Source: an uncultured Collinsella sp. (GTDB lineage: Bacteria > Actinomycetota > Coriobacteriia > Coriobacteriales > Coriobacteriaceae). Taken from it: a stretch of DNA of 56,855 nt. The translations under genes were made by a program, and so were the position numbers. The stretch spans positions 1 to 56,855 of the forward strand of contig CABUZI010000001.1 of the NCBI GenBank assembly GCA_902496005.1. The letters are read 5' to 3'. Below are positions 1 through 12,500 of the stretch, piece after piece; within the stretch, counting starts at the first letter, position 1; each line of letters begins with the position of its first letter. The notes below the pieces were generated by a model. The model did not search any database. It saw only the letters and a list, made by a program, of their open reading frames with translations, and had not been told where the DNA came from.

Positions 1-687
1 CAGCTCCTCGAGAGGCTGCTCAAGCTCAGCGCGCTTTGCTGCTGCCTCGGGCGTACCCGGCACGATGCCGTCGACGCCGATGACCTTGCGCACGAGCGAG
101 TAGCCGTTGGAGTGCACGCCAGTGGAAGGCAGGCCCAGGATCACGTCGCCGGGGCGGACGTTTGCGGGGTCGAGCATCTTGGGACGGTCGACGACGCCCA
201 CGGTAAATCCGGCAAGGTCGTAGTCGGCAGGAGCCATAACGCCCGGGTGCTCGGCCATCTCGCCGCCCACGAGCGCGCAGCCCGCGAGCTTGCAGCCGTC
301 GGCCACACCCTTGATGATCTTTGCCATGTGCTCGGCCTCAATGTGACCGATGGCAACGTAATCCAGGAAGAACAGCGGCTCGGCGCCCGAAGCCAAAATG
401 TCGTTGACGCACATGGCGACCAGGTCCTGGCCCACCGTCTCGTGACGGTCCATAATCTGGGCGAGCACGAGCTTGGTGCCCACGCCGTCGGTGCCGCTGA
501 TCAGGATCGGGTCTTCCATATCCTTAAGCGCGGCAGCCGAGAACAGGCCACCAAAGCCGCCGATGCCGCCGATAACCTCGGGGCGGTTGGTGTCCTTGAC
601 CATCTGCTTAATAGCGTCGACGGCGCGGCCGCCCTCGGCGGTATCGACGCCGGCGTCCTCGTACGTCACATGCTTGCTGTCGCTCAT
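1..687 (-). CDS. purM: phosphoribosylformylglycinamidine cyclo-ligase (AIR synthetase), 3' end truncated by window edge
   Basis: Manual minus-strand translation: [15 protein letters not shown]...GGFGGLF...GTDGVGTK...DLVAMCVND...GGEMAEHPG...[12 protein letters not shown]; lies downstream of purF. Confidence 0.95.
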   Translation of the reverse strand, partial: MSDSKHVTYEDAGVDTAEGGRAVDAIKQMVKDTNRPEVIGGIGGFGGLFSAAALKDMEDPILISGTDGVGTKLVLAQIMDRHETVGQDLVAMCVNDILASGAEPLFFLDYVAIGHIEAEHMAKIIKGVADGCKLAGCALVGGEMAEHPGVMAPADYDLAGFTVGVVDRPKMLDPANVRPGDVILGLPSTGVHSNGYSLVRKVIGVDGIVPGTPEAAAKRAELEQPLEEL

Positions 688-844
688 CTGAGCCTTCCTC
701 TCCCACTACCGTGGCGCCGCGCGGGCGCCAAACGGTGCTCATAGTTGCGTTCATTTCGGCGCGCGCCATAACAACGCGCGCCGTCATATCAACAAAACAG
801 CAGGTAAAACCTACCAAAATAAACCTGTCCCTTTTTGGCAGGTT

Positions 845-2515
845 TTAGGCCTCGCCGTGTTCCTCTTCCCAGCTGCGATCGTCGTATTTCTCGACCACGG
901 CGTCGTCATCAAAGTGCAGCGGCTTGTCCAGGTTGCGGGGCTTAAAGCCCTCCATGAACTTGTCGCGGCCAAAGCTCTCGGGAATCGCCACGGGGTAGCG
1001 GCCGGTAAAGCACGCATCGCAGTAACCGCCCTTGGGCATGACCTTAAGCAGGCCCTCGACCGAAAGGAAGGCCAGCGAATCGGCGCCGATATACTCGCAA
1101 ATCTCGTCGACCGTCTTGTTGGCGCTGATAAGCTGCGACTGCACGTCGGTATCGATACCGTAGAAGCACGGCCAGATGACCTCGGGCGAGTTGATGCGGA
1201 TATGAATCTCCTTGGCGCCGGCGTTGCGCAGCATCTTGACGAGCTGCACCATGGTGGTGCCGCGCACGATGGAGTCGTCGATGACGACCAGGCGCTTGCC
1301 CTCGATGTTGTCACGCAGCGGGTTGAGCTTCATACGCACGCCCATGGCACGCAGCTCCTGCGTAGGCTCGATAAACGTACGGCCCACATAGCGGTTCTTG
1401 ATGAGGCCCTCGCCAAAGGGAATGCCACTCTCGTGCGAATAGCCCTCCGCGGGCGGCAGGCCGGAGTCGGGCACGCCGATGACCAGGTCGGCCTCGACGG
1501 GCTCCTCATGTGCCAGCTGACGACCCATGTCATAACGGCAGGCGTAGACGCTCTTGCCGTTCATGATGGAATCGGGGCGAGCAAAGTAGACCTGCTCAAA
1601 AATGCAGTTAGCAGGCTCTTCGGCGGCAGGCACGCCCTGCTCGGACACAAGGCCCTCGGCGCTGATGCGCAAAATCTCACCGGGACGGACGTCGCGGACG
1701 TACTCGGCGCCCACGATATCGAGCGCGCAGGTCTCGGAGGCAACGACCCAGCCGCCGGCGCGCGTGACATGGGTGGTGGCGTCGACCGTCGCGGCGCCGT
1801 CCTGCGACGGCAGCTGCGAAACGGATGCGGCATCGGCCTGGTCCAGGCCCTCATCCACCAGCTTGCCCAGCACGAGCGGGCGAATGCCGTGCGGATCGCG
1901 GAATGCGTAGAGCGCCTGCTCGTTGATGAGCGTCATGGCGTAGCCGCCGCGCACGAGCTCCATGGTCTTGCGAATGCCCTCGCGCAGATGGCCAGTACGC
2001 TGAGTAAAGTAGCCGATGAGTTTGGTCGCGACCTCGGAATCCGAGTTGGAGAGGAACGGTACGCCCAGCTCGATCAGCTGGCGACGCAGCTCGTCGGTGT
2101 TGACGAGGGTGCCGTTGTGCGCGAGCGCGATAATGACGCTATTGATGGTAGAGAGGTGCGGCTGAGAGGCTTCCCAGCTCTTGGCGCCGGCGGTGCCGTA
2201 GCGCACATGACCCACGGCCAGCTGACCGGAGAGCGTCGACAAGTCGGCATTGGAGAACACGCGGTCGAGCAGGCCCAGATCCTTGCGGACCATAACCGTA
2301 CCGCCGTCACCAACGGCGATTCCCGCCGATTCTTGGCCGCGATGCTGCAGTGCACGCAGGCCAAAGTACGTCAGTCGAGCCACGTCGCGATCGGGCGCCC
2401 AGACACCAAAAACGCCGCATTCCTCATGCAGCTGGTCAGAGTCCGGATCATACGTCGACATGGCGTTCACCTGTCCCGCGGCACGCTCGGCCGCGCGGAT
2501 GGTTTCTTGAGACAT
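845..2515 (-). CDS. purF: amidophosphoribosyltransferase
   Basis: EECGVFG Ntn-hydrolase start after a propeptide, LQHRGQES, PRPP motif VVIDDSIVRGTT, Fe-S Cys motifs PCFYG/CDACF. Confidence 0.97.
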   Translation of the reverse strand: MSQETIRAAERAAGQVNAMSTYDPDSDQLHEECGVFGVWAPDRDVARLTYFGLRALQHRGQESAGIAVGDGGTVMVRKDLGLLDRVFSNADLSTLSGQLAVGHVRYGTAGAKSWEASQPHLSTINSVIIALAHNGTLVNTDELRRQLIELGVPFLSNSDSEVATKLIGYFTQRTGHLREGIRKTMELVRGGYAMTLINEQALYAFRDPHGIRPLVLGKLVDEGLDQADAASVSQLPSQDGAATVDATTHVTRAGGWVVASETCALDIVGAEYVRDVRPGEILRISAEGLVSEQGVPAAEEPANCIFEQVYFARPDSIMNGKSVYACRYDMGRQLAHEEPVEADLVIGVPDSGLPPAEGYSHESGIPFGEGLIKNRYVGRTFIEPTQELRAMGVRMKLNPLRDNIEGKRLVVIDDSIVRGTTMVQLVKMLRNAGAKEIHIRINSPEVIWPCFYGIDTDVQSQLISANKTVDEICEYIGADSLAFLSVEGLLKVMPKGGYCDACFTGRYPVAIPESFGRDKFMEGFKPRNLDKPLHFDDDAVVEKYDDRSWEEEHGEA

Positions 2516-2811
2516 GGCATCCCCTCAGAGCCTCGTATTTTGGCGTTACCCGCCTTATTATACGCACGGCAAGACAAGCACTCCCGCGCATGAACAGCGC
2601 TTTTTAAAAGCCCACCGAGCTTATTATCCGTTTTGCGACCAAACATTTTATTGGGTAGTCCACTCTCAGGGGCAACGGCCTCGAAGACTTCCCGTGCGCC
2701 GTGTCTCGCCCGCGCTAGGGGCTACATTGTTGCAATTGGGACGTTCGTCCTGTCTTTTAGCTGGTCGTCGGCGTATCCTTGTAGGCTACTACAAGACGAG
2801 AAAGGTAGCGT

Positions 2812-4041
2812 ATGGATCGAAATCAACTCGACCCCAGTGTCCCCAGCACCACGGAGGCCAAGAAGATCCCCCTTATCATCAAGGTCTACGCAGTCCTGTG
2901 CACCCTATCTGGCGTGGGCACGCTCCCGTCAGTCGCCGTCTTTATGTGGCAGGTCATCACCGCACTCATTAACGGCAACGTCGCCGCTAAGCTCGGTGAT
3001 AACACCCTGGTCGCGGTTGGCCTTATCGTCGCCGGCATTATGCTCTCGGCGGCAAGCGCGATCATCTTGATCGTCTTTGGCCTGGACCTCATCAAGGACC
3101 AGCGGCGCAATGCCGCCCGCCTGTCTTACGTCCTCATCGCATTTACCGTCGTGGAGCTTTTAGTTGACGTGATGCTCCAGGGCATCGGACCCTTCCTGCT
3201 GCGCCCCGCCGTCCAGCTTGTCATCCTCATTGCGCTGTCGGCCACCGTCGACCCCACGCTACGCCAGGAGCGCGAACTGCAGCGCCGTCTGCAAGAGATG
3301 CTCGACCGCGATGCCGCCGCCGAGGGGATGCTCGGCCGCGACGAAACCGGCGAGGGCTACATCAAGCTCAACTACTTCAACCTGTTCTGGGTATTCTTCG
3401 TCTGCAGCGTGTTAGGTCTCATTCTCGAGGAAGTCTGGCATATGGTCGTCGTCGATCCCGGCGTCTATCAGGACCGTGCCGGTATGCTATTTGGCCCCTT
3501 TAGCCCCATCTACGGATTTGGCGCGGTGCTCATGACCATGGCGCTCAACCGCTTCTATAAAAAGAATCCTCTGATCATTTTCCTGGTAAGTGCCCTGATC
3601 GGCGGCGCTTTCGAGGTGTTTGTAGGCTGGTTTATGCAGACCTCATTTGGCGTGGTGTCGTGGAGCTATTCACACATTAGGCTATTCGGCATGCCCGATC
3701 CCATCGCGGTATTGACCGGGGGACGCACATGCACGCCGTTTGCCTGCATGTGGGGCCTGGGTGGCCTCATCTGGATCAAGGTCTTGCTGCCGCGTCTGCT
3801 TAAGCTCATCAATATGATTCCATGGAAACGCCGCTACTCTGCTACCGTCATCCTGACCGCCGTCATGTTGATCGACGGCGTCATGACGTTGCAATCGCTC
3901 GACTATTGGTATCAGCGCGTCAACGGAACCGTTCGAAATATTCCCGTCGCACAGTTCTATGACAAGCATTTCGATAACGAATATATGGAGAACCGTTTTC
4001 AGAGTATGACCATGAGCCCCAAGGACGCCACACGCGTGTAG
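2812..4041 (+). CDS. multi-pass membrane protein, putative ABC transporter permease (CmpB/DUF1113-like C-terminal domain)
   Basis: Hydrophobic helices; FFVCSVLGLILE, GPFSPIYGFGA and WSYS motifs typical of the family; AAAGGT RBS. Confidence 0.7.
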   Translation: MDRNQLDPSVPSTTEAKKIPLIIKVYAVLCTLSGVGTLPSVAVFMWQVITALINGNVAAKLGDNTLVAVGLIVAGIMLSAASAIILIVFGLDLIKDQRRNAARLSYVLIAFTVVELLVDVMLQGIGPFLLRPAVQLVILIALSATVDPTLRQERELQRRLQEMLDRDAAAEGMLGRDETGEGYIKLNYFNLFWVFFVCSVLGLILEEVWHMVVVDPGVYQDRAGMLFGPFSPIYGFGAVLMTMALNRFYKKNPLIIFLVSALIGGAFEVFVGWFMQTSFGVVSWSYSHIRLFGMPDPIAVLTGGRTCTPFACMWGLGGLIWIKVLLPRLLKLINMIPWKRRYSATVILTAVMLIDGVMTLQSLDYWYQRVNGTVRNIPVAQFYDKHFDNEYMENRFQSMTMSPKDATRV

Positions 4042-4074
4042 CAAACGCCAGAGCAAAATAGCTCCAACACATCA

Positions 4075-4114
4075 AAGCCCGCTGGCAGATCTACATGAAC
4101 TGCCGGCGGGCTTT
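4075..4114. terminator. bidirectional hairpin terminator
   Basis: AAAGCCCGCTGGCAG...CTGCCGGCGGGCTTT between convergent genes. Confidence 0.6.
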
Positions 4115-4147
4115 CGCTATAGACAGACTCGGATTGCCGACGAGGCC

Positions 4148-4567
4148 TTACGCCTCGCGCTCGACCTCGCTCACGCACTCGTTCTTGATGGTGCCGACGA
4201 GCGACTGCAGCGCATCGACCACATGCGGGCGAATGTCTCCGCCAATGAGCACGAGCATGATGTCGTCGCCCACGGTAAGCTCGCCGCTCGCCAGCCACAC
4301 GCGCACATAGCCGATACCCGGCATCGTGCGCGTCGCCTCGATAGCGGCCTGCACCTTTTCGGCATCGAAGCCAAACACCATGCCGCCCACCTTGTGGCCT
4401 GGCGCCACGCCATCGGTCTCGACTCCGCGCACTTCGGCCTTGGGCGTCGCGCGCACCACGCCGTTGTGTGTCAGGTACATCCCACAATCAGCCGCCGAAA
4501 CATCGGCCTTGGCTTCGCGCAGCCAAGCATCAACCGAAGGCATCGATTTGCCGTTCTCAAGCATCAT
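4148..4567 (-). CDS. MoaE-family (molybdopterin synthase large subunit-like) protein
   Basis: GMYLTHNGVVR, GELTVGDDIMLVLIGGDIR and C-terminal K..E motifs resemble MoaE. Confidence 0.75.
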   Translation of the reverse strand: MMLENGKSMPSVDAWLREAKADVSAADCGMYLTHNGVVRATPKAEVRGVETDGVAPGHKVGGMVFGFDAEKVQAAIEATRTMPGIGYVRVWLASGELTVGDDIMLVLIGGDIRPHVVDALQSLVGTIKNECVSEVEREA

Positions 4568-4617
4568 TTCTCCTTTTGATTTCCAGGGTAGTCTTTTTGG
4601 GACGGGGCCCGGACACT

Positions 4618-5616
4618 TTATTCCTCGACCAGCGTGAGCACCATGACGGCGCGCGTATTGCTAAATGACAGCGAACGGCAGGTCACAAGCGTTACGACCT
4701 TGGTTGCCGAAGCGGCACGATCGGTGGCATCGCTCGCCACGGCAGAGGCACCGTCGAGCATCTCGGACAGATAATTCTTCAGTCCGTCATCGCCCTCAAA
4801 GTTGGGCGTGCGCGCCTTGGCATACGTGTCCTCGACCACCTTGGTCGCCAGCGGACGCAGCTTATACGTCGCGTCACGTGTGATGTAGTACACGTAGTCC
4901 ATGCTGTCGAACGTCGCTTGATCGGTCGTATCCGAAATCACGTTGAACATCGAACCGTCGTTCATGTGATGACCGTAAATCGTGGTCTGCTGATCCACCA
5001 TGCCCGGCGCGGTGTCGTCGCTATCCAGGAAGATGGCACCCGACGCATTGGCGGTGCCGTCGAACAGCGTGTTGAGGTATTTGGAGTTGTTGTTGGTCTG
5101 CACCACGGGATAGTTGATGTTGGTTCCCGGCGCGTAAATCCAACCCACAACCTCGGGATTTGTCTGGGCAAGTGCATCGAAGTCGATAATCGGCACGCCG
5201 CTGGCGTCCTTATCGCTTACATATTGCTTCTCGATTTTCTGGTACGAATCGCTTGCCTGTTTATAGCCAATCTGAGCATTGATAAAGATAGCGGCGGCGG
5301 CGACAATCAGGCCGATGCCGATGATGATGAGCAGAATGGGAATAATGGAGCGGCGCTTTTTGCGCGGCGGCTCGGTGTAATCCGACGGCGCGGCATGCGA
5401 TGAAGACCGGGGCGGCTTCTTAGCGTTGCTATAAGATGAAGGTCGATATGCGGCTGGCGCGTCCTGTCGACGATGCGTCGCCGGCGTCACGGGGCGCGGC
5501 GCGCGCGGCTGCTGAGGAGAGGATGTCCGACCCTGCTGTGCCGCATGGGCAGCACCCGGCTTCGACGGATCGGGAATCTGAGAAGCCTTGAATCGTTTTC
5601 CCTGATAGTCGGACAT
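4618..5616 (-). CDS. class B sortase
   Basis: Start MSDYQGK after GGAG RBS; one TM helix; NPEVVGWI, INYPVVQ, IYGHHM, catalytic TLVTC and a downstream Arg. Confidence 0.9.
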   Translation of the reverse strand: MSDYQGKRFKASQIPDPSKPGAAHAAQQGRTSSPQQPRAPRPVTPATHRRQDAPAAYRPSSYSNAKKPPRSSSHAAPSDYTEPPRKKRRSIIPILLIIIGIGLIVAAAAIFINAQIGYKQASDSYQKIEKQYVSDKDASGVPIIDFDALAQTNPEVVGWIYAPGTNINYPVVQTNNNSKYLNTLFDGTANASGAIFLDSDDTAPGMVDQQTTIYGHHMNDGSMFNVISDTTDQATFDSMDYVYYITRDATYKLRPLATKVVEDTYAKARTPNFEGDDGLKNYLSEMLDGASAVASDATDRAASATKVVTLVTCRSLSFSNTRAVMVLTLVEE

Positions 5617-5651
5617 GGCTCTCCTTATACTGCGGTGAAACGGCGGAACGC

Positions 5652-6116
5652 CTAGGCGTCGGCCATCTCCTGCTTCATCTTCTCGATAACCTTGCGGTAC
5701 TCGGGGTCGCAAGCGCCTAGAATCTGCGTGGCGTAGATGGCGGCGTTCTTGGCGCCGTTGATGGCAACGCAGGCCACAGGCACACCCGAAGGCATCTGCA
5801 CCATCGACAGCAGCGAATCCATACCGCCCAGGTCACTCGTCTTCATAGGCACGCCGATAACCGGCAGCGGCGTGAAGGCAGCCACGACACCACCCAGGTG
5901 AGCGGCCTTGCCGGCGGCGGCAATAATCACTTTGATACCGCGATCGGAAGCAGTCGAGGCCCACTCATGGACCTTCGCCGGCGTGCGGTGTGCGCTCGCA
6001 ATGACGAGCTCATAGGGCACGCCGAGCGCCTCGAGCTCGGCGGTGCAACCTTCCATAACGCCCAGATCGGACTTGGAGCCCATGATGATCCCGACAACCG
6101 GCTTCTGACCTGCCAT
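5652..6116 (-). CDS. purE: N5-CAIR mutase
   Basis: IIMGSKSD, ASAHRTP, AGKAAHLGGV, SLLSMVQMPSGVPVA. Confidence 0.97.
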   Translation of the reverse strand: MAGQKPVVGIIMGSKSDLGVMEGCTAELEALGVPYELVIASAHRTPAKVHEWASTASDRGIKVIIAAAGKAAHLGGVVAAFTPLPVIGVPMKTSDLGGMDSLLSMVQMPSGVPVACVAINGAKNAAIYATQILGACDPEYRKVIEKMKQEMADA

Positions 6117-6208
6117 AAACAAAGACCTCCTGTTGAGAGCGGCGACGCGGCGGATCCGCGACCCTTAACTACTGAGAGTAGTATAGCTGCTCCCGTCCCT
6201 GCGGTCTG

Positions 6209-6301
6209 CGGGTGCCCCGCGTCGGGCTGGGTTTTTATCTTCGCTCCCCTTGCTTCGCAAAGTCGCTCAGACAATAAACCCAGTCCGCCGCGGGGCACCC
6301 G
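6209..6301. repeat. long imperfect palindrome (REP/MITE-like)
   Basis: Arms CGGGTGCCCCGCGTCGGGCTGGGTTT / AAACCCAGTCCGCCGCGGGGCACCCG, 2 mismatches. Confidence 0.75.
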
Positions 6302-6348
6302 GGGACCTACCGGGGATTGCCATGACGTACGTTGGCTGAAATATTAAC

Positions 6349-6384
6349 GTGGAATCCGCCGTTCGAACGAACGGCGGATCCCAC
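6349..6384. repeat. hairpin, possible carB terminator
   Basis: GTGGAATCCGCCGTTCG AA CGAACGGCGGATCCCAC. Confidence 0.55.
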
Positions 6385-6457
6385 ACTCACTTTTTATTCA
6401 GCCCTAGTCATCGCGCAAAGCCCCTTCGGCAGCACACGGTGCAACCGAGTCACCGCA

Positions 6458-6542
6458 GGCCGGGGCGGGAGGCGGACCTTTCTCTCGGAAAACTTCGCGA
6501 AGCCCAGTTTCCGAGAGAAAGTGTCCGGCTGCCGCCCCGGCC
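6458..6542. repeat. long imperfect palindrome (REP/MITE-like)
   Basis: GGCCGGGGCGG...CTTTCTCTCGGAAA / TTTCCGAGAGAAAG...CCGCCCCGGCC. Confidence 0.75.
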
Positions 6543-6553
6543 GGCCAGGTCAA

Positions 6554-9868
<3,315 letters not shown>

Positions 9869-9869
9869 G

Positions 9870-11309
9870 TTAGTTCTCCTCGGTCTCAGCGGTCTCGGAC
9901 TCAGCAAAGTTCCAGCCGGCAAGGCGGTCCTTCGCGGTGTCGATGTCCAGGTAGTTCTCCTCGCCGTCCATGAGTCGCGTAAAGGCGGTAAAGAGATAGT
10001 GGGCATCGGTGGGGCCAGGCGAGGCCTCGGGGTGGTACTGGACCGAGAAGCACGGTGCGTCGAGCAGCTGGATGCCCTCGGCGGTGCCGTCGTTGAGGTT
10101 CACATGTGTCAGGCGAATGCGACCAAAGCGCTCGTTCATCACGACCGGCGCGATTCCGCGGCGCACCCAGACGCGCAGATCTCCATCGGCCGCATGCTCG
10201 GTCTCGCCGCCGGAAAGCTCGGAGACAAGCTTGCCCAAGCTGGGGAACAGCAGGCCAAAGCCATGGTTTTGCGCGGTGATCTCCACACGGCGGCTTACCA
10301 GGTTCATAACCGGCTGGTTGCCACCGCGGTGACCGAACTTAAGCTTTTCCATCTGGGCGCCGCAGGCCAGGCTGATCATCTGGTGACCAAGACAAATACC
10401 AAAGACCGGCACCTTGCCGATCAGCTGCTGCACCTGCTCGTAGGTCTCCACCACGGCGTCGGGGTCGCCGGGGCCATTGGACAAAAAGACGCCGTCGGGA
10501 TTCATGTCGAGCACCTGCTGGGCAGGCGTGTCCCACGGCACGACGGTAAGGTCGCAGCCGGCGCGGACCAGCCCCTCCAGAATGCCGCGCTTCACACCGC
10601 AGTCGTATGCGACCACTTTGTGACGGGCAGGAGCGGCAGCCGAAAGCGCAAAGTCATGCGTGGCAGGCAGATCGGCGGCCACAAACTCGTGAGGTACGGG
10701 GCAACTTACGGTCTTGACCAGGTTCTCGCCTACCAGCGTGGGCGCTGCGGCCAGACGCTCGGCAAGCTCGTCGACGTCGAAGATCTCGGTCGAGATAATG
10801 CCCATCTTGGAACCATTGTCGCGCAGATGGCGCACCAGAGCGCGGGTGTCGACGCCCTCGATAGCGACGATGCCGTGGGCGCGCAGATACTCCGGCACGC
10901 TGACGGCCGAGCGCCAGTTAGAAGGCGTGGTGCACATGTCGCGAACGATCATGCCGCGCATAGCCGGAGCGCTCGCAGGGCGCACGGCGTCGCCGGGGAA
11001 GGCCGACTGGACGTCGGTCTCGTCGATACCGTAGTTGCCGATCTGCGGATAGGTCATGGTTACGATTTGGCCGGCATAGCTCGGGTCGGTCATGACCTCA
11101 AAGTAGCCTTCGAGCGAGGTGTTGAAGCAGACTTCGCCGGTCGCGGTGCCCTCGGCGCCGCATGCACGTCCATAAAAAATGGTCCCATCCTCAAGATACA
11201 GGATGCAGGGACCGCAGGTGCCCTTGCTGGTTTTGGCCAGCATACGCTGGCAAAGCTCGCTGGGCGCGAAGGTGCGGGCGGCAGCGCCCGCGGTATGGTT
11301 GTTCGCCAT
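9870..11309 (-). CDS. carA: carbamoyl-phosphate synthase small subunit
   Basis: [41 protein letters not shown]. Confidence 0.97.
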   Translation of the reverse strand: MANNHTAGAAARTFAPSELCQRMLAKTSKGTCGPCILYLEDGTIFYGRACGAEGTATGEVCFNTSLEGYFEVMTDPSYAGQIVTMTYPQIGNYGIDETDVQSAFPGDAVRPASAPAMRGMIVRDMCTTPSNWRSAVSVPEYLRAHGIVAIEGVDTRALVRHLRDNGSKMGIISTEIFDVDELAERLAAAPTLVGENLVKTVSCPVPHEFVAADLPATHDFALSAAAPARHKVVAYDCGVKRGILEGLVRAGCDLTVVPWDTPAQQVLDMNPDGVFLSNGPGDPDAVVETYEQVQQLIGKVPVFGICLGHQMISLACGAQMEKLKFGHRGGNQPVMNLVSRRVEITAQNHGFGLLFPSLGKLVSELSGGETEHAADGDLRVWVRRGIAPVVMNERFGRIRLTHVNLNDGTAEGIQLLDAPCFSVQYHPEASPGPTDAHYLFTAFTRLMDGEENYLDIDTAKDRLAGWNFAESETAETEEN

Positions 11310-11315
11310 AATTCT

Positions 11316-11346
11316 CCTTCCCGGTCTCACAGGACCGGCTTAAAGG
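11316..11346 (-). promoter_or_regulatory. PyrR-binding RNA hairpin overlapping the carA Shine-Dalgarno sequence
   Basis: Minus strand reads CCTTTAAGCCGGTCCTGTGAGACCGGGAAGG(AG), matching the PyrR binding-loop pattern CUUUAA...UCCnGnGAG...AAGG; TACAAT -10 box at 11368-11373. Confidence 0.75.
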
Positions 11347-11473
11347 TGTGTAGTTAGGCCTCGCGGTATTGTAACCGCAAGCATGCCTCATGGCGTTAAT
11401 TTCATCGAAATGTTTACGAAATGATAATTATGACTTTCTATGCATAATGATTTTTCTGGGACGGGGATTAAAA

Positions 11474-11509
11474 ATCATCCCGCGGGGCTTGTGGCTCACG
11501 CGGGATGAC
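11474..11509 (-). terminator. hairpin terminator
   Basis: CATCCCGCG...CGCGGGATG with a T-tract on the minus strand. Confidence 0.55.
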
Positions 11510-11515
11510 GGCGTC

Positions 11516-12481
11516 TTACTTTTTCTTGTCCTGTTCCAGCAGATCGGACGGCGTTCGGTCGGGCTTACCGCCGCGGAAAATCTCGCGGCCATGCAGACGA
11601 TGCTCCAGGTCACGTTCGGCCTTTTCCTCGTCAATCTTGGTCTGGCTCACCACCGGGTCCTCAATCAACGACGACACCGAGTTCACCTGCTTCTGAATGC
11701 GCTCGGCGATGGTGTCATCCATACTCACGATGCGCATCTTCCAGTCGATATTCGTGGCGTTGGATGAGCTCTTGGTCCACACGAACGTCAGGATGGCGCT
11801 CTGGTGGCCATGGGCGGGAAACATGCCAAAGAAGGAATCGTGCTGAATGTTGCTATCCTCGTCGATATAGGCGTGAACGTTATACACCACGCGGTCGATC
11901 TTATCGTTGAGCAGCGCGTTGGTCGCAAGCGCCGCGGCCTGAATCTGCCCGTTGGACAGCAGCTCGAGCTCGTTGGCAGACGATGTGTCCAACACCGTCA
12001 CCTCGACCGTGCCCGTACGCTCATCGGCTTCATCGACGGTAAAGTCGAGCGGGAACTGCGTAAAGCCGTTGCCCCACTCAAGGCCGCCCTTCAGCGCCGT
12101 CGAAACGGTATCGACCGAAACGCTCTCGGACAGGTTGGCGGTGTTCAGACGACGCATCACGCCGTAGCCAATCTGCATGCCCACGATCAGCACCAAAATA
12201 CCAATGACCACGGCCATCGCGGTCTTCGTAATGGTATGGCTCACCTGCGAGCCCGAAGGATCGTCCTCGGACAGCGGGTCGATATGTTTTGCCTGGCTCG
12301 CGCGGTCTTCGCTGCGCAACTGCGCTAGCGCCGCTTTGTCACCGCGCTTGGCCGCAGCCTCCTTCTCACGCATGCGCTCGGTTCGCTTTTTAGCAAGCGT
12401 GGGATCCAAGACACCGGATGCATCGATTTCGGAGAATAACTCCGTCACTTCTTCCGGAGTCAAAGGGTTCTTGTCAGCCAT
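11516..12481 (-). CDS. hypothetical single-pass membrane protein
   Basis: 321-aa ORF, one TM segment (AVVIGILVLIVGM), 19 bp downstream of the ABC gene. Confidence 0.75.
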   Translation of the reverse strand: MADKNPLTPEEVTELFSEIDASGVLDPTLAKKRTERMREKEAAAKRGDKAALAQLRSEDRASQAKHIDPLSEDDPSGSQVSHTITKTAMAVVIGILVLIVGMQIGYGVMRRLNTANLSESVSVDTVSTALKGGLEWGNGFTQFPLDFTVDEADERTGTVEVTVLDTSSANELELLSNGQIQAAALATNALLNDKIDRVVYNVHAYIDEDSNIQHDSFFGMFPAHGHQSAILTFVWTKSSSNATNIDWKMRIVSMDDTIAERIQKQVNSVSSLIEDPVVSQTKIDEEKAERDLEHRLHGREIFRGGKPDRTPSDLLEQDKKK

Positions 12482-12500
12482 AAACTTCCTGTCATATCAA

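Noticed and set aside
2516..2811. Structured RNA in the purF divergent intergenic region
   Set aside because: Only weak pairing and no recognisable family motif.
6123..6200. Possible purine or ZTP riboswitch upstream of purE
   Set aside because: The conserved core motifs of these riboswitches were not recognisable.
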